A stretch of DNA of 48,542 nucleotides from Sphingomonas sp. Its GTDB lineage: Bacteria; Pseudomonadota; Alphaproteobacteria; Sphingomonadales; Sphingomonadaceae. Under the pieces are notes generated by a model that saw only the letters and a program-made list of their open reading frames with translations, did no database searches and was not told the origin of the DNA. Position numbers and translations under genes: made by a program. Positions 19,612-29,349 of this stretch are shown piece by piece (the stretch's first letter is position 1; every line of letters starts with the position of its first letter). The stretch spans positions 1 through 48,542 of the forward strand of contig DASVNU010000114.1 in NCBI GenBank assembly GCA_036383655.1, in the 5' to 3' direction.

Positions 19612-19647
19612 AGTTCCTCTCCCCAGATGAACAGATTGACGTTACGT

Positions 19648-20757
19648 TCAGAAGACCACGACGCTGCGGATGCTCTCACCCGCATGCATCAGCTCGAACC
19701 CCTTGTTGATCTCGTCGAGCTTGAGGACATGGGTGATCATCGGATCGATCGCGATCTTGCCCTGCATGTACCAGTCGACGATCTTGGGCACGTCGGTGCG
19801 GCCCTTGGCGCCGCCGAACGCGGTGCCGCGCCAGTTGCGCCCGGTGACCAGCTGGAACGGGCGGGTGGAGATTTCCTTGCCCGCTTCGGCCACGCCGATG
19901 ATGATGCTGGTGCCCCAGCCGCGATGGCATGCCTCGAGCGCGATGCGCATGACCTCGGTGTTGCCGGTCGCGTCGAACGTATAATCGGCGCCGCCATCGG
20001 TCAGCGCGACCAGATGCGCGACCAGGTCGCCCTCGATCCTGGACGGATTGACGAAGTCGGTCATGCCGAATCGGCGGCCCCATTCCTCCTTCGAGTCGTT
20101 GAGGTCGACGCCGATGATCTTGTCCGCGCCGACCATTTTGGCGCCCTGGATGACGTTGAGGCCGATTCCACCCAATCCGAACACGATAACGTTGGCGCCG
20201 GGTTCGACCTTGGCGGTCTTGACCACCGCGCCCACGCCGGTGGTGACACCACAGCCGATATAACAGCTGGTCTGGAACGGCGCGTCCTCACGGATCTTCG
20301 CCACCGCGATCTCGGGCAAGACGGTGAAGTTCGAGAAGGTCGAGCAGCCCATATAGTGGAAGATCGGCTGCCCCTTGTACGAAAAGCGGGTCGTGCCGTC
20401 GGGCATCAGCCCCTTGCCCTGGGTCGCGCGGATCGCCGTGCAGAGGTTGGTCTTGCCCGAGAGGCAGCTTTTGCACTGGCGGCATTCGGGCGTGTAGAGC
20501 GGAATCACGTGATCGCCGGGCTTGACGCTGGTCACGCCCGGGCCGATCTCGCGGACGATGCCGGCGCCTTCATGGCCCAGAATTGACGGGAAAATTCCCT
20601 CTGAATCAAAGCCATCAAGTGTGTAGGCGTCGGTGTGGCAGATGCCCGTCGCCATGATCTCGACCAACACTTCGCCCGCCTTGGGTCCCTCCAGATCGAC
20701 CTCGACGATCTCGAGCGGTTGCTTCGCTTCGAAGGCGACGGCGGCGCGGGTCTTCAT
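19648..20757 (-). CDS. frmA: S-(hydroxymethyl)glutathione dehydrogenase / class III ADH
   Basis: GICHTD, GHEGAG, CRQCKSC...[17 protein letters not shown]; start MKTRAAVA. Confidence 0.96.
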   Translation of the reverse strand: MKTRAAVAFEAKQPLEIVEVDLEGPKAGEVLVEIMATGICHTDAYTLDGFDSEGIFPSILGHEGAGIVREIGPGVTSVKPGDHVIPLYTPECRQCKSCLSGKTNLCTAIRATQGKGLMPDGTTRFSYKGQPIFHYMGCSTFSNFTVLPEIAVAKIREDAPFQTSCYIGCGVTTGVGAVVKTAKVEPGANVIVFGLGGIGLNVIQGAKMVGADKIIGVDLNDSKEEWGRRFGMTDFVNPSRIEGDLVAHLVALTDGGADYTFDATGNTEVMRIALEACHRGWGTSIIIGVAEAGKEISTRPFQLVTGRNWRGTAFGGAKGRTDVPKIVDWYMQGKIAIDPMITHVLKLDEINKGFELMHAGESIRSVVVF

Positions 20758-21149
20758 CGGTATCGGCTCCCTGATAGTCGCGCCCGCTTCTAGTCGCTGA
20801 CGCGGCGGGAGCAACCGTCGGCATACCCTAAATTCGACGATCGTTCCCATGCCCGCTTGCGCGCGATTGGGGCATCGTGAGCGATGCGTGAGGACTCCAC
20901 GAGGATCGAACCCGAGGCGGCCAATCGCGCAGTCCGGATCCTTGTGCCGGCACCGCACCTCGCCACGCCGAGCCGACGCAAACCAGCGATGTGCGGATCG
21001 AGGTCATGTCATCTCTCTGTCAAAACTCGATCCGCCTGTCATCCTAAGGCGTGACAAGCGCAAAAAGGCAGCGCACAAGAGGGACGCGCTCCATGAGGCG
21101 TAACGAGTCTGGGGCCGGAACACCGGCCAAATGAACAGGAAGGAATGCA

Positions 21150-21410
21150 ATGGCTACTGCACCCAAGACCGGCGGAATCCACGCGCCCGTCACCCCGTCG
21201 CCCGAACTGGGCGCGATCGTCGGGACAGCGCCCCTGCCGCGCAGCCAGGTGATCAGCAAGGTGTGGGACCACATCAAGAAGAACAATCTGCAGAACCCCG
21301 CCAACAAGCGCGAGATTCTGGCCGACGACAAGCTCAAGAAGGTCTTCGGCACCGACAAGGTCACGATGTTCGAGATGAACAAGCACATCGCCAAGCACGT
21401 CAAGGCGTAA
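21150..21410 (+). CDS. Stand-alone SWIB/MDM2 domain protein
   Basis: SPELGAIVG..PRSQVISKVWDHIKKNNLQNPANKREILADDKL...MFEMNK. Confidence 0.92.
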   Translation: MATAPKTGGIHAPVTPSPELGAIVGTAPLPRSQVISKVWDHIKKNNLQNPANKREILADDKLKKVFGTDKVTMFEMNKHIAKHVKA

Positions 21411-21426
21411 GCCAGACCTCAAACCG

Positions 21427-21465
21427 AAAAGGGCGTCGCGCGGGAAACCACGCGACGCCCTTTTT
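21427..21465. terminator. Bidirectional rho-independent terminator
   Basis: AAAAGGGCGTCGCG...CGCGACGCCCTTTTT between convergent genes. Confidence 0.88.
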
Positions 21466-21494
21466 ACTTTTGGCTTTTTGCTTTTGGGAACCGT

Positions 21495-22127
21495 TCAGGC
21501 CGTGACGGGCTCCGCCGCCATCACGATCTGGATGCCCGACGCCTCGTCCAGCGCCCGGCCGCGCTCCGCCGCGGGCCGCGTCCGGCAGCGTTCGATATAG
21601 GCGTCGATGACTTCGCTCGCCGGGAAGGCCTTACGGGCGAACCCCAGCGCGCTGCTGATCAGGAAATCGGCGCCCGAGAAATCATCGCCCATCACATAGC
21701 GGCTATCCGCCAGCACTCGCTCCAGCCTGCCGACAACCGCGTCGTAGTTGCGCTGCTTCTGTGGCGCACCGGCCAGTTCGCCCAACATCGCGGCGAACAT
21801 CGCCGGCTCCATTTCAGCGGCATACCAGGCGAGCCAGGTGAGGTAGGCACCGCGCTCCGCCGTTCCGATGCGCGGCGCGAGACCGGCATTCGGGAAAGCG
21901 TCGGCGAGATACAGGACGATCGCGACCGATTCCGCGACCAGCGCACTGTCATGTTCGATCGCCGGCACGCGCTTGTCGGGATGCGGATTGGCGGGATCTG
22001 GCGCGCCGTCGCCGGTCATCGGCCGAAAGATCGATACCGGGCGGATCTCATATGGCACGCCCAATTCCTCGAGCAGCCAGATCATGCGCGACGATCGCGA
22101 TTGCGGGGCATGGTAGAGAGTAATCAT
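21495..22127 (-). CDS. Glutathione S-transferase family protein
   Basis: LYHAPQSRS..WLLEELG, KRVPAI, ESVAIVLYL, FSGAD; AAGGAG RBS. Confidence 0.92.
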   Translation of the reverse strand: MITLYHAPQSRSSRMIWLLEELGVPYEIRPVSIFRPMTGDGAPDPANPHPDKRVPAIEHDSALVAESVAIVLYLADAFPNAGLAPRIGTAERGAYLTWLAWYAAEMEPAMFAAMLGELAGAPQKQRNYDAVVGRLERVLADSRYVMGDDFSGADFLISSALGFARKAFPASEVIDAYIERCRTRPAAERGRALDEASGIQIVMAAEPVTA

Positions 22128-22194
22128 GGTGGGCGGCTCCTTCGTTCGATGCGACGACCAATCGCCGCGTCCGACAAAAGCCTTGTAAACGCGC

Positions 22195-22220
22195 CCTGCT
22201 GACAGCATCCTGTCAGTAGG
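22195..22220. promoter_or_regulatory. Palindromic operator, probably for the adjacent WYL regulator
   Basis: CCTGCTGACAG-catc-CTGTCAGTAGG (10/11 arm match). Confidence 0.7.
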
Positions 22221-22231
22221 AGATTCTAACC

Positions 22232-22927
22232 ATGCGTCGTGCCGATCGACTATTCCAGATCATCCAGATCCTGCGGCGATCGTCGCGCCCGATCACCGCG
22301 CAGGATATCGCTGCGGAGCTCGAAGTCTCTCCGCGAACGGTCTATCGCGACGTCGCCGACCTGATCGGGCAGCGCGTGCCGATCCGCGGCGAAGCGGGCT
22401 TCGGCTATATCCTCGACGACGCGTTCGATATGCCGCCGCTGATGCTGACTCCCGACGAGATCGAGGCGGCGGTGCTGGGCGCGCAATGGGTGGCGGGACG
22501 TGGCGATCCGGTGCTGGCGGCAGCCGCGCGCGACCTCATCGCCAAGATCACCTCGGTGGTGCCCGAACGGCTGCGTCCGTTCATCGCCGATCCCTCGATC
22601 GGCACGCCGCCCAGATCGAACACGGCGCCCGATACGATCGATCTGGGGATCGTCCGTAGCTGGATCCGTGAGGGTCGTAAGATCCGGATCGATTATCGCG
22701 ACGAACGCGGACAAGTCAGCGACCGCGTGATCTGGCCGGTAATCGTCGGCTTCTTCGAACAGGCGCGAGTGATCGCCGCGTGGTGCGAGTTGCGGCAGGA
22801 CTTCCGCCACTTCCGCACGGATCGGTTGATCGCCGCCGAATTCCTGGACGAAAAATACGCTGCGCGTCCCGGCGAATTACGATCGCGCTGGAAGCGAAAC
22901 TTGGTCGACCGCAAACCACTGCGATGA
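22232..22927 (+). CDS. YafY-family HTH-WYL transcriptional regulator
   Basis: MRRADRLFQII, EVSPRTVYRD, AWCELRQDFRHFRTDR. Confidence 0.93.
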   Translation: MRRADRLFQIIQILRRSSRPITAQDIAAELEVSPRTVYRDVADLIGQRVPIRGEAGFGYILDDAFDMPPLMLTPDEIEAAVLGAQWVAGRGDPVLAAAARDLIAKITSVVPERLRPFIADPSIGTPPRSNTAPDTIDLGIVRSWIREGRKIRIDYRDERGQVSDRVIWPVIVGFFEQARVIAAWCELRQDFRHFRTDRLIAAEFLDEKYAARPGELRSRWKRNLVDRKPLR

Positions 22928-22937
22928 CTGGGGAAAT

Positions 22938-23014
22938 TGGTGGTCCCGGAGGGACTCGAACCCCCGACGCCCACTTTAGGAAAGTGGCGCTCTGTCCAGC
23001 TGAGCTACGGAACC
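22938..23014 (-). tRNA. tRNA-Arg (anticodon CCT)
   Basis: Acceptor GGTTCCG/CGGGACC-ACCA, anticodon arm CCACT-TTCCTAA-AGTGG, GTTCGAGTCC T-arm, encoded CCA. Confidence 0.96.
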
Positions 23015-23048
23015 ACGCTTGGTCTGGTACCGAGCGCGTGAGAACCGG

Positions 23049-23507
23049 TCAATTGCAGGCTTCGGGCGGGACGACCGGAAAGGGCAAGGGCGCGACCGTC
23101 ACGCCGTCCTCGATCAGCGCCTTTGCTTCCTGGGGCGATGCCTGGCCGTGAATCGGTGAGTGATCTTCCTGACCTTCGTGCATCGCCCGGGCTCGATTGG
23201 CGAAGCTTTTGCCGACCCAGGTCGATCCTTCCAGCGCCTTTTTCTGGATCGCCGCCAGTTCGGCCATCGCCGCCTTCATCACCTCCGGCGTGACGCCGTT
23301 GGGTCCGACGGAGCCTGCGGCCTGTGCGGTCTGAATATTGCCCGAGGTGGCGATATTGGGCGCCATCACCGCTTTCTCGATCACCGCGTCTCCGCAGAGC
23401 GGACAGCTGACCAACCCACGCGCGCGCTGGTCGTCATAATCCAACGACGAGCCGAACCATGCTTCGAACACGTGTCCGCCGCCGCATTTGAGGTCGAACA
23501 CGATCAT
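23049..23507 (-). CDS. DUF1178 family protein
   Basis: MIVFDLKC..GHVFEAWF, CPLCG, KAVMAP, VGKSFANRARAMH. Confidence 0.9.
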   Translation of the reverse strand: MIVFDLKCGGGHVFEAWFGSSLDYDDQRARGLVSCPLCGDAVIEKAVMAPNIATSGNIQTAQAAGSVGPNGVTPEVMKAAMAELAAIQKKALEGSTWVGKSFANRARAMHEGQEDHSPIHGQASPQEAKALIEDGVTVAPLPFPVVPPEACN

Positions 23508-24337
23508 GCCCGCTCCACCTCGGGAATCGGCCGCCGGTGCTTGAGCGCGGGGACGCGTGTCCGCACGTCTTCCTGCCGGACCGGATCGATCTCGGCGAAA
23601 CCGAGCCCTGGTGCCTCGCCCATGTCGAGCAACACCTCACCCCAGGGATCGATCACCAGCGAATGGCCGTAGGTCGCGCGGCCGTCCTCGTGTATCCCGG
23701 TCTGCGCGGCGGCGACGACGAAACAGGCGCCTTCGATCGCCCGTGCGCGCAACAGCACGTGCCAGTGCGCCGCGCCGGTTGGCCGGGTGAACGCCGCGGG
23801 CATCGCGAGAATCGTCGCCCCGGCATTGGTGAGTGCGCGATAGAGGTCGGGGAAGCGCATGTCGTAGCAGATCGACATGCCCAATCGACCGACCGGCGTT
23901 GTCACCACTACGGCGCCCTCGCCCGGCGTATAAGAAGCGGATTCGCGCCAGCTCTCGCCCGTCGGCAAATCGACATCGAACATGTGAAGCTTGTCGTACC
24001 GAGCGCGAATCTCGCCCGCGCCATCGATCACGAAGCCACGATTGGCCAGCTTGCCGTCATCGCGGCGAATCAGCAGCGAGCCGATATGCACCCAGATGCC
24101 GTGGTGAGCGGCCGCGACGCGCATCGCCGCGAGCACGGGATCGTCCGCTTCGCTGAACAGATTCGGCGCCGCGCGCTCACGGTTGCGGTCGACCAGCCCC
24201 GATACTTCGGGCGTGAACAGCATCATCGCGCCGCCAGCCGCGGCAGCCGCGACCGCACCGACCATCGTCTCCCGATTGGCGGCGGGATCGATCCCGCTCG
24301 TCATCTGAAGGACGGCGATCTTGCCGGCGAGGTTCAT
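23504..24337 (-). CDS. Carbon-nitrogen hydrolase (Nit1-like, probable deaminated glutathione amidase)
   Basis: TPE, YDKLHMFDV, ICYDMRFP, HWHVLLRARAIE. Confidence 0.9.
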   Translation of the reverse strand: MNLAGKIAVLQMTSGIDPAANRETMVGAVAAAAAGGAMMLFTPEVSGLVDRNRERAAPNLFSEADDPVLAAMRVAAAHHGIWVHIGSLLIRRDDGKLANRGFVIDGAGEIRARYDKLHMFDVDLPTGESWRESASYTPGEGAVVVTTPVGRLGMSICYDMRFPDLYRALTNAGATILAMPAAFTRPTGAAHWHVLLRARAIEGACFVVAAAQTGIHEDGRATYGHSLVIDPWGEVLLDMGEAPGLGFAEIDPVRQEDVRTRVPALKHRRPIPEVERA

Positions 24338-24591
24338 GCCGCGAGCAGCGGGTCGAGTCCCCCACGCGCGTCGAGCGCGGCGAGATCGTCGGACCCGCCG
24401 ACATGCTTTCCGTCGATGAACACCTGGGGCATGGTCATGCGACCGCCCGAGCGTTCGACCATCTCGGCCTTTTTGGGGCCGCCCATCGTCACGTCATATT
24501 CGATCGGCTCGATGCCCTTCGATGCGAGCAATTTCATCGCACGCACGCAATAAGGGCACCACGCCTTGGTGTAGATTTCTACCTTGGCCAT
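24334..24591 (-). CDS. grxC: Glutaredoxin 3
   Basis: CPYC, TMPQVFI, GGSDDL; start MAKVEIYTK. Confidence 0.95.
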   Translation of the reverse strand: MAKVEIYTKAWCPYCVRAMKLLASKGIEPIEYDVTMGGPKKAEMVERSGGRMTMPQVFIDGKHVGGSDDLAALDARGGLDPLLAA

Positions 24592-24625
24592 CGTCGCAAA
24601 GAGGTGGAGAGCGCCGCGCGGCTTG

Positions 24626-25342
24626 TCAATCGGCGGAGTCGCCGACCACGCGCGCCCAGCACAGGATTGTGACCTTGCCGGCGCCCGCCTTGAGCAGAGC
24701 GCGCGTGCAGGCATCGGCGGTGGCGCCGCTGGTATAGACATCGTCGACCAGCACGACATGTCCATGCTCGATCCGACCCTCGACCGCGAACGCGGCGCGA
24801 ACCGCATCGCGGCGCTGGCGCGGGTTCATGCCGCGCAGCGCGGGCGTCCGCTTCGCGCGGCGCAACAGCAACGGATCGTGTGCGACTCCGCTCGACGCCG
24901 ACAGCGCATCGGCGATCAGCGCGGCCTGGTTGAATCCCCTGCCCCATAATCGCCAACGATGCAGCGGTACCGGGACCAACAGATCGGCATCCGTCGGCAA
25001 ATGCCGCGCCATCAACCGCGCCGCCGTCGTCGCGAAGGCGAGCCGGCCACCATATTTGAGCCGCAGCGCGACCGTCTTCGCGACTGGACCATAAGCGACC
25101 GCCGCGCGCGCGCCGGCGTGCTTTGGGGGATTGGCGAGGCAAGCGCCGCATTGCGCGTCGGGTCCGCGATCGACCTCGAACGGCGCGCAGCATGTCGCAC
25201 ACCAGGGCGCACCCAGGAAATCGAGCGAATTCCAACAGGCCGCGCAGAAATTGTGATCGCCCCGCACCACCGCACCACATCCCGGGCAGCGCGGCGGCAG
25301 CGCCAGCGACAGCGTGTCGGCAAAGACATCTTTCACCCCCAT
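24626..25342 (-). CDS. ComF family protein
   Basis: Double zinc ribbon CxxC pairs; RGFNQA; PRT motif LVDDVYTSGAT. Confidence 0.9.
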   Translation of the reverse strand: MGVKDVFADTLSLALPPRCPGCGAVVRGDHNFCAACWNSLDFLGAPWCATCCAPFEVDRGPDAQCGACLANPPKHAGARAAVAYGPVAKTVALRLKYGGRLAFATTAARLMARHLPTDADLLVPVPLHRWRLWGRGFNQAALIADALSASSGVAHDPLLLRRAKRTPALRGMNPRQRRDAVRAAFAVEGRIEHGHVVLVDDVYTSGATADACTRALLKAGAGKVTILCWARVVGDSAD

Positions 25343-25386
25343 CGCGCTCTTGTCGCGCGGCCGCCGCGGCGGCACAAGCGCGCCCG

Positions 25387-26223
25387 ATGGATTCCCCCGA
25401 AATCTTCGATCGCGCCGCTCGGCGACTCCGTCGCGATCGCGCCGCGCCGCTCTATGCCGAGCACGATTTCCTGCGCACGGCGATGCTCGACGGAATCGCC
25501 GAGCGACTCGACAGCGTGAACCGCAGCTTCGACCGGGTGCTCGATATCGGCTGCTTCGACGGGGCGTTCGTACCGCCGCCCAACAGCGCGGTGACGCGGA
25601 TCGATGCGGGTCGGCTATTCGCCGCGCGCGCCGGCGGCATCCAGGCCGACGAGGATCTGCTGCCGGTCGAACCCGGGAGCTTCGATCTGGCCGTGTCGGC
25701 GGGCGTGCTCGACAGCGTCAACGACGTGCCCGGCGCGCTGACCCAGATCCGGCGCGCGCTCAAGCCGGACGGCTTGTTCCTCGGCGCGTTCGTCGGGGGC
25801 ACATCGCTGCCGACGATGCGCGCCTCCTTCCTTCAGGCGGAAGCCGATCGCCCTGCCGCCCGTTTTCACCCGATGATCGACGTCCGGTCGGCGGGCGATT
25901 TGCTGGTTCGCGCCGGCTTCGCCCTGCCGGTCGCGGATGGCGAGACGCTGAGCGTCCGCTATCCCGACCTGTTCCGGCTGATCAGCGACCTGCGCGGCAT
26001 GGCGGCGACCAACCTGCTGCGGGGCCGCGTGCCACTCGCCCGGACGACGCTGGGGGCCGCCGCCGCGGCGTTTGCCGATCGCGCCGATCCCGACGGCCGC
26101 ACCGCGGAGCGGTTCGACCTGATCTTCCTGACCGGCTGGAGCCCCTCTCCCGACCAGCCCAAGCCGGCGCGTCGGGGCAGCGCCACCGCCTCGTTAGCCG
26201 CCACGCTCGGCCGCAAGGACTGA
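25387..26223 (+). CDS. SAM-dependent methyltransferase (BioC/NDUFAF5-like)
   Basis: IFDR...[37 protein letters not shown]. Confidence 0.85.
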   Translation: MDSPEIFDRAARRLRRDRAAPLYAEHDFLRTAMLDGIAERLDSVNRSFDRVLDIGCFDGAFVPPPNSAVTRIDAGRLFAARAGGIQADEDLLPVEPGSFDLAVSAGVLDSVNDVPGALTQIRRALKPDGLFLGAFVGGTSLPTMRASFLQAEADRPAARFHPMIDVRSAGDLLVRAGFALPVADGETLSVRYPDLFRLISDLRGMAATNLLRGRVPLARTTLGAAAAAFADRADPDGRTAERFDLIFLTGWSPSPDQPKPARRGSATASLAATLGRKD

Positions 26224-26598
26224 CACGAACGGACGGTCGGCGGGCGGCATGTCATGGTCGGCGAGCGCGTCGGGCAGCACCCAGCGGATCGCCGCGGCGT
26301 CGAGCGCACGCGGCTCACCCTGCCACACCGCGCATCGGTACAGCAGCAGCAGGAGGTGCCGCTCTCCCCGGCCCGCGCTGCTGAAGGTCAGCGGGTCGAG
26401 ATTCTCGGGCGCGACTGTCACCCCCAGTTCCTCGCGCAGTTCGCGCACCAGCGCCGCCTCGGGCGACTCGCCCGGCTCGACCTTCCCGCCGGGAAACTCC
26501 CACAGGCCGGCATGCTCCTTCCCAGGCGGGCGCTGGGCGATCAGCACGCGGCCCCCGGAATCGATCAGCGCAACGGCCACCACGGGCAACAAGTCCAT
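26194..26598 (-). CDS. mutT: MutT-family NUDIX pyrophosphohydrolase
   Basis: [32 protein letters not shown]; start could instead be 26628. Confidence 0.9.
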   Translation of the reverse strand: MDLLPVVAVALIDSGGRVLIAQRPPGKEHAGLWEFPGGKVEPGESPEAALVRELREELGVTVAPENLDPLTFSSAGRGERHLLLLLYRCAVWQGEPRALDAAAIRWVLPDALADHDMPPADRPFVSVLAAERGG

Positions 26599-26690
26599 TT
26601 CGGTTCCATCTTTCGCGCTGTTGGTCATTCGTTAACGAAAGGTACCTAACATCCCTGATCAGATTGGGGAGCCGTACGCGGCAAAAAGCG

Positions 26691-26864
26691 ATGATCCATG
26701 TCCTACGCCAGCTGGCCAGGAGTCGAAGAGGTGCGACCGCCGTCGAGTACGGTCTGATCGTCGCGGTCATCGTCATTGCGATGGTCGCCGCGCTCCAGGG
26801 CCTGGCCAACACCACCAGCGGCATGTGGAACAACGTGTCGGACAAGGTCCAGAGCGCGCACTAG
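26691..26864 (+). CDS. Flp family type IVb pilin
   Basis: GATAVEYGLI prepilin motif followed by a hydrophobic helix. Confidence 0.9.
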   Translation: MIHVLRQLARSRRGATAVEYGLIVAVIVIAMVAALQGLANTTSGMWNNVSDKVQSAH

Positions 26865-26982
26865 AATCGTTCCGGTGTCGGCTTCCGCTTCGCTGCCCCG
26901 GCGCCGTCGCGCCGGCGCCGCAACCGTTGTCAGCTTCACTGCAACCAGCTCAAACACGCATCCGAAACAATTCGTTTCGGCT

Positions 26983-26998
26983 TTAAGCTTTTCTAAAC
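26983..26998 (+). promoter_or_regulatory. Putative CtrA binding site upstream of pilin
   Basis: TTAA-gcttttc-TAAAC, one mismatch to consensus. Confidence 0.65.
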
Positions 26999-27088
26999 CG
27001 CCCTGGCCTACTGATTCGGACTGCTGGACGGGGGCATATCCTGTTTCAGCCGGGTGACTGAAGTAGTTCGAACCACTGGAGACCGGAT

Positions 27089-27256
27089 ATGAAGACCATT
27101 CGCAAGATTTTCACCAACAAGAAGGGTGCCACCGCCATCGAGTACGGCCTGATCGCCGCGCTCATCGCCGTCGCCGCGATTGCCGCGATGCAGGGCCTGG
27201 GCAACCAGCTGAAGACCACGTTCGGCAACGTGTCGTCGAACATGAAGGCTTCGTAA
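27089..27256 (+). CDS. Flp family type IVb pilin (likely the major pilin), 55 aa
   Basis: Not in the ORF track: MKTIRKIFTNKKGATAIEYGLIAALIAVAAIAAMQGLGNQLKTTFGNVSSNMKAS; GGAGA RBS. Confidence 0.95.
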   Translation: MKTIRKIFTNKKGATAIEYGLIAALIAVAAIAAMQGLGNQLKTTFGNVSSNMKAS

Positions 27257-27275
27257 GCTTCAACGCTTACTGCTG

Positions 27276-27322
27276 AAAAAGAGGGGCGGCGGAACTTCGG
27301 CTCCGCCGCCCTTTTTCGTTTT
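27276..27322 (+). terminator. Rho-independent terminator
   Basis: GGGCGGCGGA...TCCGCCGCCC-TTTTT. Confidence 0.88.
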
Positions 27323-27326
27323 AGCT

Positions 27327-27467
27327 CCTCTCCCGCCTGCGGGAGAGGCTGGGTGAGGGTCTTCTTTCTTCTTCCAGGCGGTCGGAACCCAAAAAGAAGA
27401 AGAAAGAAGACCCTCACCTTCCCACCGCTTCGCGGTGGGCCCCTCCCTCTCCCGCGCGCGGGAGAGG
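27327..27467. repeat. Composite palindromic element (family B), inverted relative to 10041-10175
   Basis: CCTCTCCCG..CGGGAGAGG end hairpins, GGTGAGGGTCTTCTTTCTTCTT / AAGAAGAAAGAAGACCCTCACC, CCGCTTCGCGG. Confidence 0.88.
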
Positions 27468-27478
27468 TGTAATCGTTC

Positions 27479-28426
27479 TCAGAGCCGGCCCATGGCCAGG
27501 AATTTGTCGCGGCGGTCGAGCTTGAGCTGTTCGGGGCTCATATTGTGCAGCCCGCCAAGTGCATCCGCCATCGCATCGCCCAGCGCGGTGATCGCCTTGT
27601 CGGGATCGCGATGCGCACCGCCCAATGGCTCGGTCACGATCGTGTCGATCACGCCCAGCCCCTTCAAATCCTGCGCCGTGACTTTCATCGCCTCTGCGGC
27701 GTCGGGCGCCTTGTCGGCGGTGCGCCACAGGATCGATGCGCAGCCTTCGGGCGAGATCACCGAATAGACCGCGTGTTCGAACATCAGCACGCGATTGCCC
27801 GCCGCGAGCGCGATCGCGCCGCCCGAACCGCCCTCGCCGACCACCGCGGCGATCATCGGTACACCGAGCTTCAGGCACGCCTCGGTCGAGCGCGCGATGG
27901 CTTCGGCCTGGCCGCGCTCCTCGGCCTGGACGCCGGGAAACGCGCCCGACGTGTCGACCAGGGTCAGTACCGGCAGCCCGAACCGGTCGGCGAGCTCCAT
28001 CAGCCGGATCGCCTTGCGATAGCCTTCGGGCTTGCCCATGCCGAAATTGTGCTTCAGCCGGCTGGCGGTGTCGTCGCCCTTTTCGTGGCCGATCACCATC
28101 ACCTTCTGCCCGCGAAAGGTCGCGAAACCGCCGAGGATCGCCTGATCGTCGGCGAACGCGCGATCGCCCGCGAGCGGCATGAAGTCCTCGAACAGCCCGG
28201 CGATATAATCTCCGAAATGCGGCCGGTCCGGATGGCGCGCGACCTGCGTCTTCTGCCACGGGGTCAGCTTGGAATACGTCGCCTTGAGCAACGCATCCGA
28301 TTTGTTCTGCAGCCGCGCGACCTCGGCGTCGATGTCGATCGCGCCGTCCGAAGCGGTGTCGCGAAGTTCATCGATCCGACCCTGCAACTCAGCGATCGGC
28401 TTTTCGAAATCAAGAAAGCTAGCCAT
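27479..28426 (-). CDS. accA: Acetyl-CoA carboxylase carboxyltransferase alpha
   Basis: [47 protein letters not shown]. Confidence 0.98.
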   Translation of the reverse strand: MASFLDFEKPIAELQGRIDELRDTASDGAIDIDAEVARLQNKSDALLKATYSKLTPWQKTQVARHPDRPHFGDYIAGLFEDFMPLAGDRAFADDQAILGGFATFRGQKVMVIGHEKGDDTASRLKHNFGMGKPEGYRKAIRLMELADRFGLPVLTLVDTSGAFPGVQAEERGQAEAIARSTEACLKLGVPMIAAVVGEGGSGGAIALAAGNRVLMFEHAVYSVISPEGCASILWRTADKAPDAAEAMKVTAQDLKGLGVIDTIVTEPLGGAHRDPDKAITALGDAMADALGGLHNMSPEQLKLDRRDKFLAMGRL

Positions 28427-28437
28427 GGTCGGGCGGG

Positions 28438-29349
28438 TTAAGGCCGCCTCGGGGCAACGTCAACGAGCGGGTGTCGGGTGTTGACCAGCTCGATCAGCCG
28501 CTTGCTGTCGACATGGGTGTAGATTTCGGTCGTCGCGATATCGGCGTGGCCCAGCATCGCCTGAAGCGCGCGGAGGTCGGCGCCGCCTTCGAGCAAGTGG
28601 GTGGCGAAGGCATGGCGCAGCACGTGCGGACTGACGCGATCGGGCGGGATGCCGGCATCGGCCGCGAGCGCCTTGATCAATTGATAGAGGCGGATGCGCG
28701 ACAAATGTCCCTTGCCCGAGGGAAACAGCCAGGCCCGATCGGTCGCGACGTGCGCGCGCCATGCCGCCACCGCGGCGCGGGCGCGGTCGGAAATCGGCGC
28801 CAGCCGCTCGCGCCCGCCTTTGCCCTTGAGGATGATATAGGGCCGATCGGGCTGGATGGCGTTGCGCGGCAGTGAAACGAGTTCGGTCGCGCGCAGCCCC
28901 GATCCGTAGAGTAACTCGATCAACGCCGAGAGGCGCAGGTCGTTGGGATCGGGCGGAATTCGTGCCTGTCGATCGGCGATCGCGGCGAACAGGCGGTCGA
29001 TATCCTGATGGCTCAGCACCTTGGGCAACGATCGCCGCGCGCCCGGCCGCGGCAAGGCGGCCCCGGGATCGTCGGCGCGATGCCCCTCATCGGCCAGGAA
29101 GGCGAAGAATCGGCGCAGCGCCGCTGCCTTGCGCGCGACGGTGGCGTGCGACAGATCGCGCCAGCCATTGCCCAGCCGCTCGACGTCGGGCACCCCCGCC
29201 GACGCCAGCTGCCCGCCCAGCGCCTCGGAGGCCAACCGCAAGTCGCTGGCATAGGCTGCGATGGTGTTCCTCGCGGCCCCCGCCTCCGCCGCCAGCATTT
29301 CGAGAAAGCGCTCGATCAGCGCGCGATCTTGAAGGCCGGTCGCGGCCAT
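28438..29349 (-). CDS. xerD: Tyrosine recombinase, XerD-like
   Basis: [48 protein letters not shown]; next to accA. Confidence 0.88.
   Translation of the reverse strand: MAATGLQDRALIERFLEMLAAEAGAARNTIAAYASDLRLASEALGGQLASAGVPDVERLGNGWRDLSHATVARKAAALRRFFAFLADEGHRADDPGAALPRPGARRSLPKVLSHQDIDRLFAAIADRQARIPPDPNDLRLSALIELLYGSGLRATELVSLPRNAIQPDRPYIILKGKGGRERLAPISDRARAAVAAWRAHVATDRAWLFPSGKGHLSRIRLYQLIKALAADAGIPPDRVSPHVLRHAFATHLLEGGADLRALQAMLGHADIATTEIYTHVDSKRLIELVNTRHPLVDVAPRRP

Noticed and set aside
21411-23014. GST-WYL pair as an island integrated at tRNA-Arg
   Set aside because: No duplicated tRNA 3' end (TGGTGGTCCC) seen on the far side and no integrase nearby
28438-29349. Tyrosine recombinase as a phage or ICE integrase
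   Set aside because: XerD-like size and motifs, embedded in a housekeeping operon with no mobile cargo
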